A stretch of DNA of 64,000 nt, from contig JAUGWO010000119.1 in the NCBI GenBank assembly GCA_049724395.1, positions 1-64,000 on the forward strand, in the 5' to 3' direction. Origin of the DNA: Spongospora subterranea f. sp. subterranea. Taxonomy: Eukaryota. How positions within the stretch are numbered: the stretch's first letter is position 1; each line of letters opens with the position of its first letter. Position numbers and translations under genes: made by a program. Under the pieces are notes generated by a model. The model did not search any database, was not told the origin of the DNA, and worked only from the letters and a program-made list of their open reading frames with translations. Of the stretch, positions 50,318-63,059 are shown piece by piece.

Positions 50318-53300
50318 TCATTGGTTGGAAATGTCAGTGGATTCTCTCCGTGCCATCGGGGACTTCCGCCGTGGGCTTTTACGGGGAGATGGCTGGAACT
50401 CGCGTCAAATTGATGACATGCAAAAAATGTTGGCAACAATTTACCGGACGCGCAGACCGGCTCGGCATCTGTGGAAGGGACCTTGAATCTGTAACTGCAA
50501 AGGATTTTTTCATGGCAAGAGCATAACGAAGGGCCTTCTGGGCGCCCTCAAACGCAAGATGTGGAAAGTTGTATATGACGAATATGACGGTAGCGAGGAC
50601 GGCTATGACCTGCAACATCAACGGCATCGATTATTTGCGGTAACCATACATTGAGTCGGCTCGTACGAATAGCGTTAATGCTAACATTGGATGGCTGAGG
50701 ACTATCATGGCCTCATTCGCCCCCAAAATGACAATCAATGGATACACCCACACTGGAACACGGGAGTTCCCTTTAGCCAGGTTCGCGCTAGATTCTGCGG
50801 CATTTAATGCAAGTTGGCAATCGTTCTGAAAACATTCGCGTATCGACAAGCATTCCATATTACTAATCAACTCTCTGATAGAAGGTTAGACGGCAACGAA
50901 AACATTAAGTGAGATTCTGACGGAGGCGAGTTGCGAGGAGAGTTAGAATTATCGTGATGATGTTTTGTCTGAAATAGTCGAAATACACTGAAAAGTGGTA
51001 ATATGTTGTCGGCCTGTGTTCCTCGCCAAAAACGAACCGTTATAACAGCAAAAGGAAAAGTTCACACTTTGTGACGCACCTGTGTTTTTGCTGAAAGGTA
51101 AGAAGCGCGAATATTGTGCTCCTCATGCCAAATTCGGGGAAGCCCATCGCTGTTGAGGCGCGAAACTCTCTGGACTCAAGAATTACAACTAGCAGAATCG
51201 ACAGTAAACGACAATACCTGTCAAAACACTTTTGCATCTTTTGTCTAACGAAACCTGCGTGTTGGGCAGCCTCTTCTTTGAGCAGGCCCACTACGTCGTT
51301 CTCGACCTCCAGTATGAAACTGTTATGCCTTTGTTGTTCAACTTCAATACCGAATAGCTTGCGATCAACAATGTTGTCAGTAACGTCATTTAACCACTCA
51401 TCTACGACATGAATAAACATGCATGGATAGGCACCTATTTTTAGTGATACATTACCGAAAGCGGAACGAAGCTGATGCCACATCTCTGGACTGGCATCGT
51501 CAAAGATCCGACCGGCTTGCGACAGCAACTGAGTGCGGGCTTTGGAACGAACCTCGGAAAGTAAGCGCGAAAGCTGCGATTCGCGCAGCGATGAACAGAG
51601 GCCTGATAAGATTCGGCATAAAGTGCGACCATAACCCAACAAAACTCACGATCAACATCAGCTAGAAGCTGGTTTTCAAACAGATCAACACTCCAGTTGC
51701 AAGCAAAAGGCGTGAGCTCGACTTTGAGCAGGTGTAGCCGTTTTACGGACGACTGTGTAACTTCCCTGGTAACCTGAGAATATAAAGTTAACATGAAGCG
51801 AAACAAGGAAAAAACGCATACCTCAGCAAACCGATGAGATGCCGTTTGCTTAGGGAGAGCAGCGTCAATCTCAGATTTAAACTGTTTGAGAGCAGCTTCT
51901 TTGGCAAGAAGCATTTGTTGCGTCCATCTGAGAGCAAGTTACGATAAGGACAAAAATAAATTCGTGAAAACTTACAAAGGTTTCAATTCATCCAGTAGCC
52001 TCAGACGAAGATCTTCTCGTTTCCTTTGTACAGTACCAGCATGATATCCGCGTAGTGATTCATCGAATGATTCTACTGCATCGTCAATCAAACAATTACA
52101 TCGAGTAGCAAAATCAGGAAGTAGCGCCTGAAACAAAATGTTACTGAAGAATGCTCACCACCCAAATAGGGCATTAAAAACCTGAGTGGATTTCGTCTTG
52201 AGTTGCTCATGAAACTCTTGGAATTGATCTATTACGACCGTAGACTGCTCATCGCATCTATAAGATCGCAAGCATTTCTTTGTGCGACGGCAAATTGAGG
52301 TCTTTATGATTAATAATCGTCTCCCTGAATCGACAGTTGCAGATTACAAGAATGAGAGAGCCATAAAATGCCTACCAAATGGTGCCAACAAAATGTCCCA
52401 AGCCCGATGCAGGAACAGAAACAGTCTTTTGTAAGCGAGATTCAGATGAGAACAAATAATTTGGACTGGTGACGTCTGTGAAACTTGGACATAACAAATT
52501 TTAATGCAAATAGTGACAAGTGACAAGCAACGCAGAACTACTAACCGCTTGCGAAGAATGTCAACTTCGGCGACAAACTTCGAGGATTCAAACTTCTTGT
52601 GCGGGAGAGCAGTAAACTCAACATCAAATAAAGAATCCAGAGTAAGGTGCGATAGACCATCTGGAAGTTTTATATCGGCCCAAATACGAATGATGTCATC
52701 GGATAGTTGCCTTGCAATCACCTGTAGATGCTCAATATGACATCAAGAGCGCAATTCATGCGTGGAATTTACTGAAAGAGGGCTGTCAGATTCGGAATGA
52801 TCTCGAATAGAAAAACAAAAGCAAAGTTTTGTTCGGTTTTGATCCAGACGATAGTAACTGCTCCGCAAGCAGCGCCAGATTAACCTCGAAGATCGTAGAC
52901 AGCACCTATACATTGAACAAAATTGAACCTTGTAGTTTATACAGCATAAAATGAACTCACGCCGTAATTAGACGCAACGTATCGCCCGATGTCGTGCTGC
53001 CACATATTGATGATCAAAACCTACAAATATAAGCACCATACAGACATCTAAGGAAACGGCATGATACTTCTGCAACGGAGAGAGCTAAAAGGGCTGATTG
53101 CCTCTCAAATGGGTGACGTTCTACTCCTCTGGTTACGCTATCAGTTCCTTCAAGATCCATAACTAGAGCATGCGGAACCTTGGGAGAGGCGCCGAACCAA
53201 ACTCCTGGGCGACATCAATCAGTACCAATCGTTTAAACAAATTGAACGATTGCACCTTTTGTCGTCATCTGACGTCCGGATTGAGAATTTAGTTCCTCGA

Positions 53301-53650
53301 AATCGGTCCCAAACAGCATGTTCAAAAGCGTGCCTACAAACGATGAATTCGTAGATTTATTTCCAAAAGTTAATCGCCCGACTTTTTCCAGAACTTTGGG
53401 CACCCATTATCGCCACGACTGTGTAATTGGTTCCACAATTCAGTAGGCCATGACTTCCCATAAATTTCGTAATCTTCTCAGGGGATGTACTGATCAGGAT
53501 ATTCAATTCCTGTGTGACAAAGAAACCCGTCCTAAATCCAAGCGTGGGTTACCAGAATTCGCCCTCCTTGTTAACGACGTGGATGAGACCTCCGGCCCGT
53601 TCGCCAATCTGACCCCCTCCAGCATATTCGTCTGCAGCTGCGGCCGTCAT
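50318..53650 (-). CDS. SEY1: SEY1/RHD3 atlastin-like ER-fusion GTPase, many exons
   Basis: IMGAQSSGKSTLLNMLFGT, TTKG, VMDLEGTD, FERQSAL, INMWQHDIGRY, IRDH, LPHKKFE, C-terminal VPVWVYPLIVILGANE hairpin TM. Confidence 0.93.
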
Positions 53651-54039
53651 TCTGATTATTGTTAATGATGATCCCCAATATATTGCGTCGGTCACTCTGA
53701 TCGAAGCTAGCAGGTAACGTGTGAAAGACGGATACGGCCACTCTACAAGTCGGCATATATACATCTCTGACAAACTCACATGACAGGCGCCACGCGCTTT
53801 TACAGTTTCTTCGCAACGGGCGAGTTCCTAGACACGAACCACAGCATGATTGTTCTGGAGATTGTGATCTTGCGGCAATCTCCGGTTGGTTTGTTCAATG
53901 GAACAATTATCTCAATTTCTCTTCCCCAATATTTGGATGTTTACAAATACCACTATTGCGACTACGATAAACACGATGGAGCTCACGAAAATAAATATCA
54001 GAGTTTCTCAGCAAGATCATTTTATTATCATGATTTGTT

Positions 54040-55890
54040 TTAGTTTGGAACTAGTTTCGGAGAATAGTATCGAAATGCGCCTTTTTTTGTTTCGGACAAA
54101 ATAATTCATCGTTGCAGTGAGTTGTCGATGATCCACAACTATAATCGAGGATGTTACTCATCCGATAAAATTCAAAAAATATCCCATGAATTCTCTTACA
54201 ATCCCTCATAAATTGCACTGCATAGAAGTTGCTATATGGTCCACACATCTGTTTCCAACCGATGGGATTCCAAAACACTATCAAATTTCATAAATCTTCA
54301 ATGATCGAATAATCAATAACCCCATCAGTTTCCCTACGTTTTTTGCTGAAGGAACTGGTTGCGGCTGAACAGGACAAATAGAAGAATGTTTACAGATGTC
54401 GCCGGATTCACATCTATAGTCAAAAGAGATCAAGGCCTGTTCATAAGCAATACTTCCTTTGTCCTCACTGCCCATCTTTAGTACAGCATTCGCCGACTTT
54501 GCATCTCGCGAAATCATGACGGGGACCGCAACGACGGTCCGCTCGTAAACCCCCTCGACACTAATGATAATCATCATCATTAATTCGGAAGACGTGGAGA
54601 AAATCGTTTTACCTTGAACATCATTGCAAGAAAATCATGATCAGGGACCAGCATTCCACGAAGGTAATCAGGTGTTCCAGTATATGGTTGCTCTGGGCAC
54701 ATCTGGTCCTTATTGCAGAAATGTTCACCTTTTCCGCGAAGAAAAAGTCGTCCCAATCACTTACAATCCATCCTTATTGCAGCATTGATTGTATGGACAG
54801 CGCATGAAATTATGCTTTTTACCACATAGCTGGAAACCTTCGAGGGATCGTCGAGTAGATAGAGCACCATTACACTGAAATAGCCCAATTAGATTAACAT
54901 ATTCCCATTAAAGACAACCTCACATTTTCCATCGGGTCCAGATGCAAAAGATCTCCAATAAACTTCATCTATCCAGTTCTCTTGTGAGTCGTGTATTTGC
55001 CAGCTGATCGATTTCAACGATTTTTCTTACAGGATATTTTCCGAAGCGACCAACGAAATGCTCCTGTATTGGGCACAACGGGTCTGAAATTTCATGGCAA
55101 TATTTACATTCTCCTTCTTGGCTACAGCAGCGTCCAACTTCACATTTCTGGAATCCAAAGTCTGGTCCACATCTACCCTTTTGTGTTGTTGCACCTCGGC
55201 ACTAACGACGTCGTTCAACGTTGCCATCCCTCAACTAGGCAAAAAACAAGACTGACATTATCCTCGGAAGATTTTTTTTGCGGTTTGAAGAGGACAGATC
55301 GCATTTTTACAGAAGAGTGGACCTTTCCCACAACTGTTAATCGTTCACTGTTTGTTCGATAAAAACATATCTCTACTAACACGCCGCCTTTATTACAGCA
55401 CTCTCCAATGCGGCATCGTTCAAAACCGAAATCAGGTCCACAACGCCGAAACCCCAACTCCGTTTGTGTAGTGATTCCTCGACACTGATTGCAACGATAG
55501 GTTAGATCGATTGTGATGATAAGTTGAAATCATATTACATTATCTGAATCGGTTTCGTATTTGGGCGAACAGCTATAGCCGAACTCGCAATCAGAACAGC
55601 TAGGAAGCAGCGCAACACATAAGGCATTTGTTTTAATGAAAAACACCCGATCAATAGCAGAATGAAAACATATTCGTTCGAATGCTGACCGTTCTTGCAT
55701 CGAATTCCCTTTTCGCGATATATTTAGCTTCTGAGGCAAGATACATTCCAGTGCCTCCGGTATTGGAATTACCTGGCTATACTGCTTCCCACATAAAATA
55801 TCTTGTTTTCCTGTTGGAACATGGGCCGACATTTCATCATCCAGTCTCATTTGTTGGATAATATCTTCAACACCAATGGCGCCCATTTAA
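54040..55890 (-). pseudogene. Cys-rich chitin-binding (hevein/CBM18) multidomain gene, paralogue A, disrupted
   Basis: RRCGPDFGFERCRIGECC; C-terminal CGPY...CGSSTTHCNDELFCPKQ split by an intron. Colinear with paralogue B. Confidence 0.7.
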
Positions 55891-56339
55891 AAAAGAAATT
55901 TGAGAGCGTCTGAAATTCTCTCGGATTGCGTCTGTTGAATTTCACAAAGATGACACGAGTCTGAGGAACAACATGTTTTCAGACGACCATATTGGTCTTG
56001 CTGGGTATCAGATTGCGCACCAATTTCCAAACCTGTTGAGTATCCTTATACAGTAATTGGACAACTTTCTACTTTAAGTCGCACATAAAAGTTGAAGGTA
56101 AATATAAAAAAGAAAACAATATAAGACGACCATAGGTGACGAGGAGGATTCCATGTGGCAAAGCAGAATTGAAAGAGTCTTCATTTACTGAGCAAAACCC
56201 AGACGTTGGGAATATTCGCCTCTCGGTATCGCCTGGCGATTCTACAACGGCCATAAAAACTCCAGGAGTGTTGTTTTTTTGTAATGGGAGACATCTTCCA
56301 AATGTGGCATGTTTTCTTATAAGTCTTAAACACGATTAC

Positions 56340-57250
56340 TTCCCTTAAAAAGTTTGATGATTGCTAGATTGATCTGACTCTAATGTCTGAAAAAGCATTT
56401 TTGCTGAGCGATGAATGTTTTTCGTTTCGGTTGTTCCAATCGCAACGATCCCGACAACCATCGTTTCGACAGTTCTGCTCGTTGTTGGCAAACGACCTCA
56501 CAGTTCAGGTGGCTGGATTAGAGGCAGAGTCCAGCGACGAGGACAGTCTGGTCCAGACAGCACCTGAAGGGGTAGTTGAGATCGCGTACAACAAACGGGA
56601 ATCATATTTCACGCGACCCGAGCTAATTGCCAAATGGCGAAACGTCAGACTACAGCACGAGGAGGCTCTTTCCTCAAGTTCCCAGGTCAGCTGTATCTGG
56701 TGTTGCCGTAGGACGCAGATGCATGGTGATGATGTGATTCATTCTCAATCATGGACGGAAGACAAAATGGAAGTGTTCAGTTTTGGCACTTTGCAAGGTT
56801 AATCGTATTGACGCAAACAGCTGTTTTCAGCATTTTCATGAAAGTGAACAGCTGTTTGACCCGTGCCAAGGTCATGGCCATGATATTTCAGTGCGAACTC
56901 ACTCGAACAGGCCTCCACCATCAAACCGTGCGCGTCAGCCTTCATTCGATCTCGATGAAATTCTTGCAGTTTTAACAGTTCGGTCACGAACAGACAGGCT
57001 CGTCACTATCCCAGTTAGACGATCGGAACGACGTAGATTGTAATGAGAGCCTAGGGTGAAAATGTAGACTCACCTGCGTACGATTTTTTTTGCATGTGAT
57101 CTTGATCTTGATACTTGAATTATGTCCTACCCGCACTGTGTTCGTAGGACAAAACATACTCGATGAGGTCTTTCGAATTGTCGAATTCGACCTAGCACCA
57201 GGAAAGGAAAAAAACTCAATGGCTCAATCCAAAAAAAATTTAGGTTAAAA
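56340..57250 (+). mobile_element. piggyBac-like transposase 3' remnant
   Basis: FRQFCSLLANDL, then a Cys-rich tail CIWCC...HGRKTKWKCSV..LCKV...CFQHFH. Possible end aggTTAA at ~57248. Confidence 0.45.
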
Positions 57251-57669
57251 CCTTGTGATCTTGCGATCGGTCATAACCTTTTTTTTATTGGACCAATTTT
57301 GAGATTAGAAATTGCGCTTAACTTTTTGTCCTTCCGTTTTTTCCTACTAGCGAAAGCGCTTCGCAAAAATCATATGCTCTTTGAAAGGATGTTGAGCGAG
57401 CGTTCGGCGTCCTTGCAGTCTAGGTGGCATATCATCGCGCGGCCATATGACCCTTCGATAATGTACGAAACTTGTCCGACAAGTCCATCGCCGCTATCGG
57501 GCGACAGTTCGTCTTCCTGGTCTTCTTTTTGGTCGAGACCTTGAAACATCGATGGAAGGAGGACAGACGAATTTCAACTACCATTATATAGGGCATTTGG
57601 GTTTCTGTAGAACGTCCTGTGGAAAGTCCAACAATTGGTAATTATTAATGTGTAGCTAATTTATTATGC

Positions 57670-59590
57670 AAATTTGATTTAGTTTGGAACCCATTTTGGG
57701 GAATAGAAGTTATGTCCATAATTTTCCTGTTTCGGGCAAAACGATTCATCGTTGCAGTGAGATGCCGATGTTCCACAACTATAATCGGACGTTATTTATC
57801 CGATTCTCCAGACGTAACCGATGATGATCTTACATTCCCTCATAACTACAGCATTCGCCCATCTTACACTTCATGAAGTTGTTATATGGTCCACATCTGT
57901 TTTCATGAGTCGATGGGATTCCGAGACACTGTCATAATCCCTATTGTCAGCGATACGATAATCAACTATCCGATCCCTTTCCCTACGTTGGTTGCTGAAG
58001 CAACTGGCTTTAGCTGAATAGGACATGTAGGAGAATCATTACAGACGTCGCCGGTTTCACATCTATACCCAGAAAAGCTCTAGGGGCTCTGCCCATACAA
58101 TATTGCCTTTTTTCCTCACCGGCCATGTTTAGAACAGCATTCGCCGACTTTGCATCTTCCGAAACCGAACTTGGCTCCGCAACGACGGTCGGCTCGTAGA
58201 TCCCCTCGGCACTATAACAAAGATCATCATTCATACTTTGGCAGCAGTGAGGAAATCCTTCTTACATTGTACAGCTGATCCAATAGACCACGATCAGGGA
58301 CCAGATTGCCACTTAGGTATTCTGTTGTTCCAGTATATGGTTGTTCGGGGCACTGTTGCTCCTTATTGCAGAAATGTTTGCCTGTTCCACATCTGGAAGT
58401 CGGGCGTTTCACAAATGCGCTGAACATCGTGAGAACACTGCCAATCACTTACAAGCCATCCTTATTGCAGCATTGATTGTATGGACAGCGCAAGAAATTA
58501 TGCTTTTTACCACATAGCTGGAAACCCTCGAGGGATCGTCGAGTAGACAGAACGCCCTTACACTGAAATAGAGCAATTAGATCAACAAATCCCCATCAAA
58601 GTCACACTCACATTTTCCATCGGTTCCAAAGGCAAAAGACCTTTGATGACCTTCATCTATCCAGTTTTCCAATGTTGAGTCGCGTATATGAGAGCGGAAC
58701 GATATTCTAAGAAATCTCTTACAGGATTCTTTCCGAAACGATCGACGAAATCTTTTTGCTTCGGACACAATGGGTAATCAACCGTATGGCAATTTTGGCA
58801 GTGTCCGTTTTGGGTACAGCAGAGCCCAACTGGACATTTGGTGAATTCAAAGTCGGGTCCACATCGACCGTTCGTGGTTGTTTTTTCTCGGCACTTAGCG
58901 ACGTTGTTCAGCGTTGCCATTTTCCAACAATGACATAAAACGCAACTGACATTTTCCTCGGAAGTCGTTCTTGCGATTTGAAGAGGACAGATCGCATCTT
59001 TACAATATTGGGCACCGCTTCGACAACTGAAAAGTGTTCATTGTTTGTTAGAAGAGAATTATGGGTCGACTAACACGCTGTCTTGACCACAGCACTCTCC
59101 GACGTGGCATCGTTGAAAAGCGAATTCTGGTCCACAGCGCCGAAAGGTCAACACTACTTCAGCAACGGCCCCTCGACACTGATCGCATCGGTTAGTTAGA
59201 TCGATTGTGGTGATATATTGAATCGCAATACATTATCCGAGTCGGTCTCGTATTTCAGTGCTGGGAGGACAGCTGTAGCCAAACTCGCAATTAAAACAGC
59301 TAGTAAGCAGCGCAACAGGAAAGACATTTCTCCAAATGAAAGAGAGTCGATCAATAGCAGAATGAGGTATTCGTTGGAATGCTGACCGCTTTTGAATTGC
59401 GATCAGATGCCCTCGTATGACGATATTTATATTGCCAACGTGAACGGCATTCTCAGAGGCAAGATTTTGCCAGTGTTCTCCGGCACTTGGCATTTCCTGG
59501 CCATAAATATCTTTATTCCTGTCTGGCACCGACTTGCACCACATCATCCAGTCCCAAATCCCTAAAATATCATCCCGACATTAAAACCGG
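57670..59590 (-). pseudogene. Cys-rich chitin-binding (hevein/CBM18) multidomain gene, paralogue B, disrupted
   Basis: GRCGPDFEFTKCPVGLCCTQNGHC, RRCGPEFAFQRCHVGECC and C-terminal CGTSASHCNDESFCPKQ. Direct repeat of paralogue A. Confidence 0.75.
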
Positions 59591-59769
59591 CTCCGATTTT
59601 TACAAGGTCGTCTTTTGAGTGTTTGAACTTTCGTGTCTGATCGAATCTGTTGAATCTCACACCAGATTTCGTGCACCAATATTTTGTTAATTGACTCGCG
59701 CACACGAGAAAGCGCCCAAAGGTGACGAAGAAGATTTGCTTTGGCCAGATCAGGGGCAGGGGTGATGAT

Positions 59770-61660
59770 TGTTAGTGTTGTCAGTCACTGGGCAACAAAC
59801 CAGATATTGTTTAGTTGAGTTGGGGGAGATATTCGCCATTGAGTCAGAATCGGCCGGCGATTCGATAACCAGCACAGAGAGGGCAATCCACTCTTCCATG
59901 GAAGTCAGATATTCCAAATTGAGTAGATGGATCCTCGTCCATAATCGCTCATTCTGCTCATAACAGCGATTGGCTCAATTTGAAGGCAATGACGGTTTCT
60001 GTCGCGTACCTGGTGGCCGTATTCGTGCTGGTCGGCTGTTTAGTTGAATCCTATGTGTTCGACACCTCCCCTGACAACGTACTTGTGCACAACGACTGTC
60101 GCCATCGCCACTGATCCTCACCTGTTTCGCTCGCCTTTAGTGTCGTGGAGTTGTCTCGGAAAACGCCAAATGTGGGCCTAACCATCAATTCCACCGATGC
60201 CCAGTAGGAGAATGCTGCAGCAAAAACGGAAAGTACTCCGACATGTTTCGACCGGGATTGAATCTGTTTGCTGAATTTCAATCAGATGTGGAAGCGGCGA
60301 TAAATTCTGTCTCGACCATCCCATATGCCCTATCCAGAAGAAGTTCGTCACGACCATAGACAACGTCAGTGATCGTTCGATGTTCAAAAGGTGCTCTGAT
60401 GCTTATGGTGGCAGTGTCGAGGATCGAAAACCAAAGATGGATTCTGTGGACCCGATTTTGGCTTCAAACAATGTGGATTCGGCCACTGCTGTAGCCAGGA
60501 CGGAAAGTATGACTCACTTATGCCCATGGCATCTCATACTAATCGTCGTTGTCCAGGTGCATGCCATCTGGAAGTTTTTTGTGCACCGAGCCAGCTTGTC
60601 CAACGGTGACCTTAAAGAGAGAAGTCGAGAGCAAATTCACCGATTTCGGTGTAATAACATGGTTTGCATGCATCGCACTCAGCACACCCAATGAATCGTC
60701 GTGGAACAGGCCAGTCTCTTCAACCATCCGACGGGGTTCAAACACTGCTCGGGCGTCTTGTCCACAGAGAGATCAGACGAGGATCAGCCATTATGCGGCC
60801 CAGCACATAGATTCATGCGATGCCCCTATCAACAATGCTGTAATCAACATGGAAAGTCAGTTGATATTAGCGAATGAGCCGAGTTTTCCTCCAATAATGC
60901 TGTCGTTCAGGTGTTCGACATCAGATGAGCATTGCCATGAGAAGAAGCAGATCTGTCCACGTCAGCCATACACTGGAGAAGCCGAATACGTTGACGGGAA
61001 ATTCAAGGCCGACGACAAATTCAAGAACGGAATGCAAAAGGTAATCGGGTTTGTTCCCGGTGTTCTAACGAGATGTTTTGACGGATGGGAGATAGTGCCG
61101 GGGTATACAACGACCAGATCGTACTTGTGGTCCTCTTAACGCATTCGGCAGCTGTAAAGTCGGTGAATGCTGCGATAAACATGGAAGGTATGTTTAGGGA
61201 TGACATGCTCACCGTGGCTACCTGGGTTTGAACTGTCGTCATTTGATGCAGATGTGCTATCGGCGAGGCCTGCAGTGCTAAAGCTGCTCCATTGTGCCCT
61301 GTTCAACCAAAACCTGTTCCCTCGCCAGAAAACGTAGGAGCTTGTTCATGATCTGTGTCTTCCAGATGAGGTAATTAGATCAATTATATCAGTGTTCTGG
61401 TGTGAAAACGACTCGTGAGAGGAAGTGTGGTCCTCACTACAACTTCATGCATTGCGAAGAAGGCGAATGCTGCAGCTTTGACGGAGTGTAAGAGGATCGT
61501 TGGTCGAAACTGATTTCATTTTCGGTGACCGTTCACTGACAGTTGTGGATCTACGAAAGAGCACTGCAACGATCACTCGTTCTGCCCCAAGCAAGGAAAG
61601 ACGGCACCATCGGGTCCAAAATGGATCTACTATTAAACAGCGAATTGACAAATTCGTTTA
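59770..61660 (+). pseudogene. Cys-rich repeat plus hevein gene, paralogue C (divergent orientation), probably disrupted
   Basis: Four ~100-aa NAAxxM/T...RC..G...C...CPxQ repeats. The spliced C-terminus CGPHYNFMHCEEGECCSFDGVCGSTKEHCNDHSFCPKQ is a canonical hevein pattern. Confidence 0.7.
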
Positions 61661-61979
61661 GAATAGTAAACTTAGTTCGATGCTAAAATCGAAATTTAAA
61701 TTTACTAAAGAGCCCACTCGCTCAGATTTTCGTAGTGTTTTTGGAGTTTGTTTTCTCGGACAACATTGCGGTTTGATGAACTTTGCGTTTATTAGCCACG
61801 TTGATCAGATTAGTTCACCAATTCGCTTTTCAATGACCTCCCCAAAGTTCATCATGTCTGTCTTCCCTGGTTGTCAGTTGTAACCGCAACCGAACTGTAC
61901 ATTGCAATAGGGTCGGTAGGGTGCCAGTCAACCTTGCGCCCCGGGGAGTGGGGGCCAGTCCGTCAGTCGACTCCACTGT

Positions 61980-62390
61980 ACGCAGCAGTCAACCTTGTAC
62001 ATTACTCTACGAGCTGGGCGTCGTTACGGCAACGCAGCAGTCAACCCTGTACATTACCGGTACTTTAGGAGCCGGGCGCCGTTACGGCAACGCAGCAGTC
62101 AACCTTGTACATTACTCTACGAGCTGGGCGTCGTTACGGCAATGCAGCAGTCAACCCTGTACATTACCGGTACTTTAAAAGCCGGGCGTCGTTACGGCAA
62201 CGCAGCAGTCAACCCTGTACATTACCGGTACTCTACGAGCCGGGCGCCGTTACGGCAACGCAGCAGTCAACCTTGTACATTACTCTACGAGCTGGGCGTC
62301 GTTACGGCAACGCAGCAGTCAACCCTGTACATTACCGGTACTCTACGAGCCGGGCGTCGTTACGGCAACGCAGCAGTCAACCCTGCACAG
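61980..62390. repeat. Minisatellite, ~8 units of 52/58 bp
   Basis: Anchor acgcagcagtc at 61980, 62032, 62090, 62142, 62200, 62258, 62310 and 62368. Confidence 0.95.
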
Positions 62391-63059
62391 TACGTGCCGT
62401 TAGGGTTGGTCAAACCATACACAGTATTGGGTGCGGTTTCCTCGACACGTTCAGTTCCTGCCAAGAGGAGCAAGTTTTGACATTGCCCGCTGTTGAAGTC
62501 CTGAACTGATATACAGCATTTGTGCAATGACAATATTAATGGACGGCATAGCCTATTCTCTTCTGGATCAGAAATTTAACTGTCTGCGAGGCATGTCTCA
62601 TACAGCAAGTGAAGTGTTCATGAGAAAATACCTTACAACGGCCATGACGCGAGGCTAAACGATATCCGGAATGAGTTATTATTCTACCTTGCACTTGCTG
62701 ACTCCGCTTTGAAGGCCTCCGACAGGTGACCGTTGGAAACGGGTCAAATGTGAAATTGCAGCATTTGCCCTTACGGTGGTCAATTGCAGTCGTCTTAATC
62801 AGGGCACTTCAGCCACAGAAAATTTGAACCCAAACTTTGTCCATAATATTCCCAAATTCGATTCAATTTCTTCACCTTGCAAATTGGATTATCATTTTGC
62901 GCCGAGAAAAACATCATTGGCGAATCTCATCAAAAACGGTTTCTCCGGTAAAGGTCGGGGGCGACATAAAAAGTGAGAAACTGTGTCATGTTGTGTCGTC
63001 AACCTGAAATGGTCACAGACATTTTTCTCTGATCCGTTGCTTTACGTCTTCCATTCCGC

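Noticed and set aside
61980..62390. CRISPR array or ribozyme array
   Set aside because: The sequence between the conserved cores is itself repeated (no unique spacers), there are no cas genes, the context is eukaryotic, and no hammerhead CTGANGA/GAAA core is visible.
61921..62509. Repeat-protein ORFs in the ORF track
   Set aside because: Unit lengths of 52 and 58 are not multiples of 3, and all three frames give the same peptides; this is an artefact of the minisatellite.
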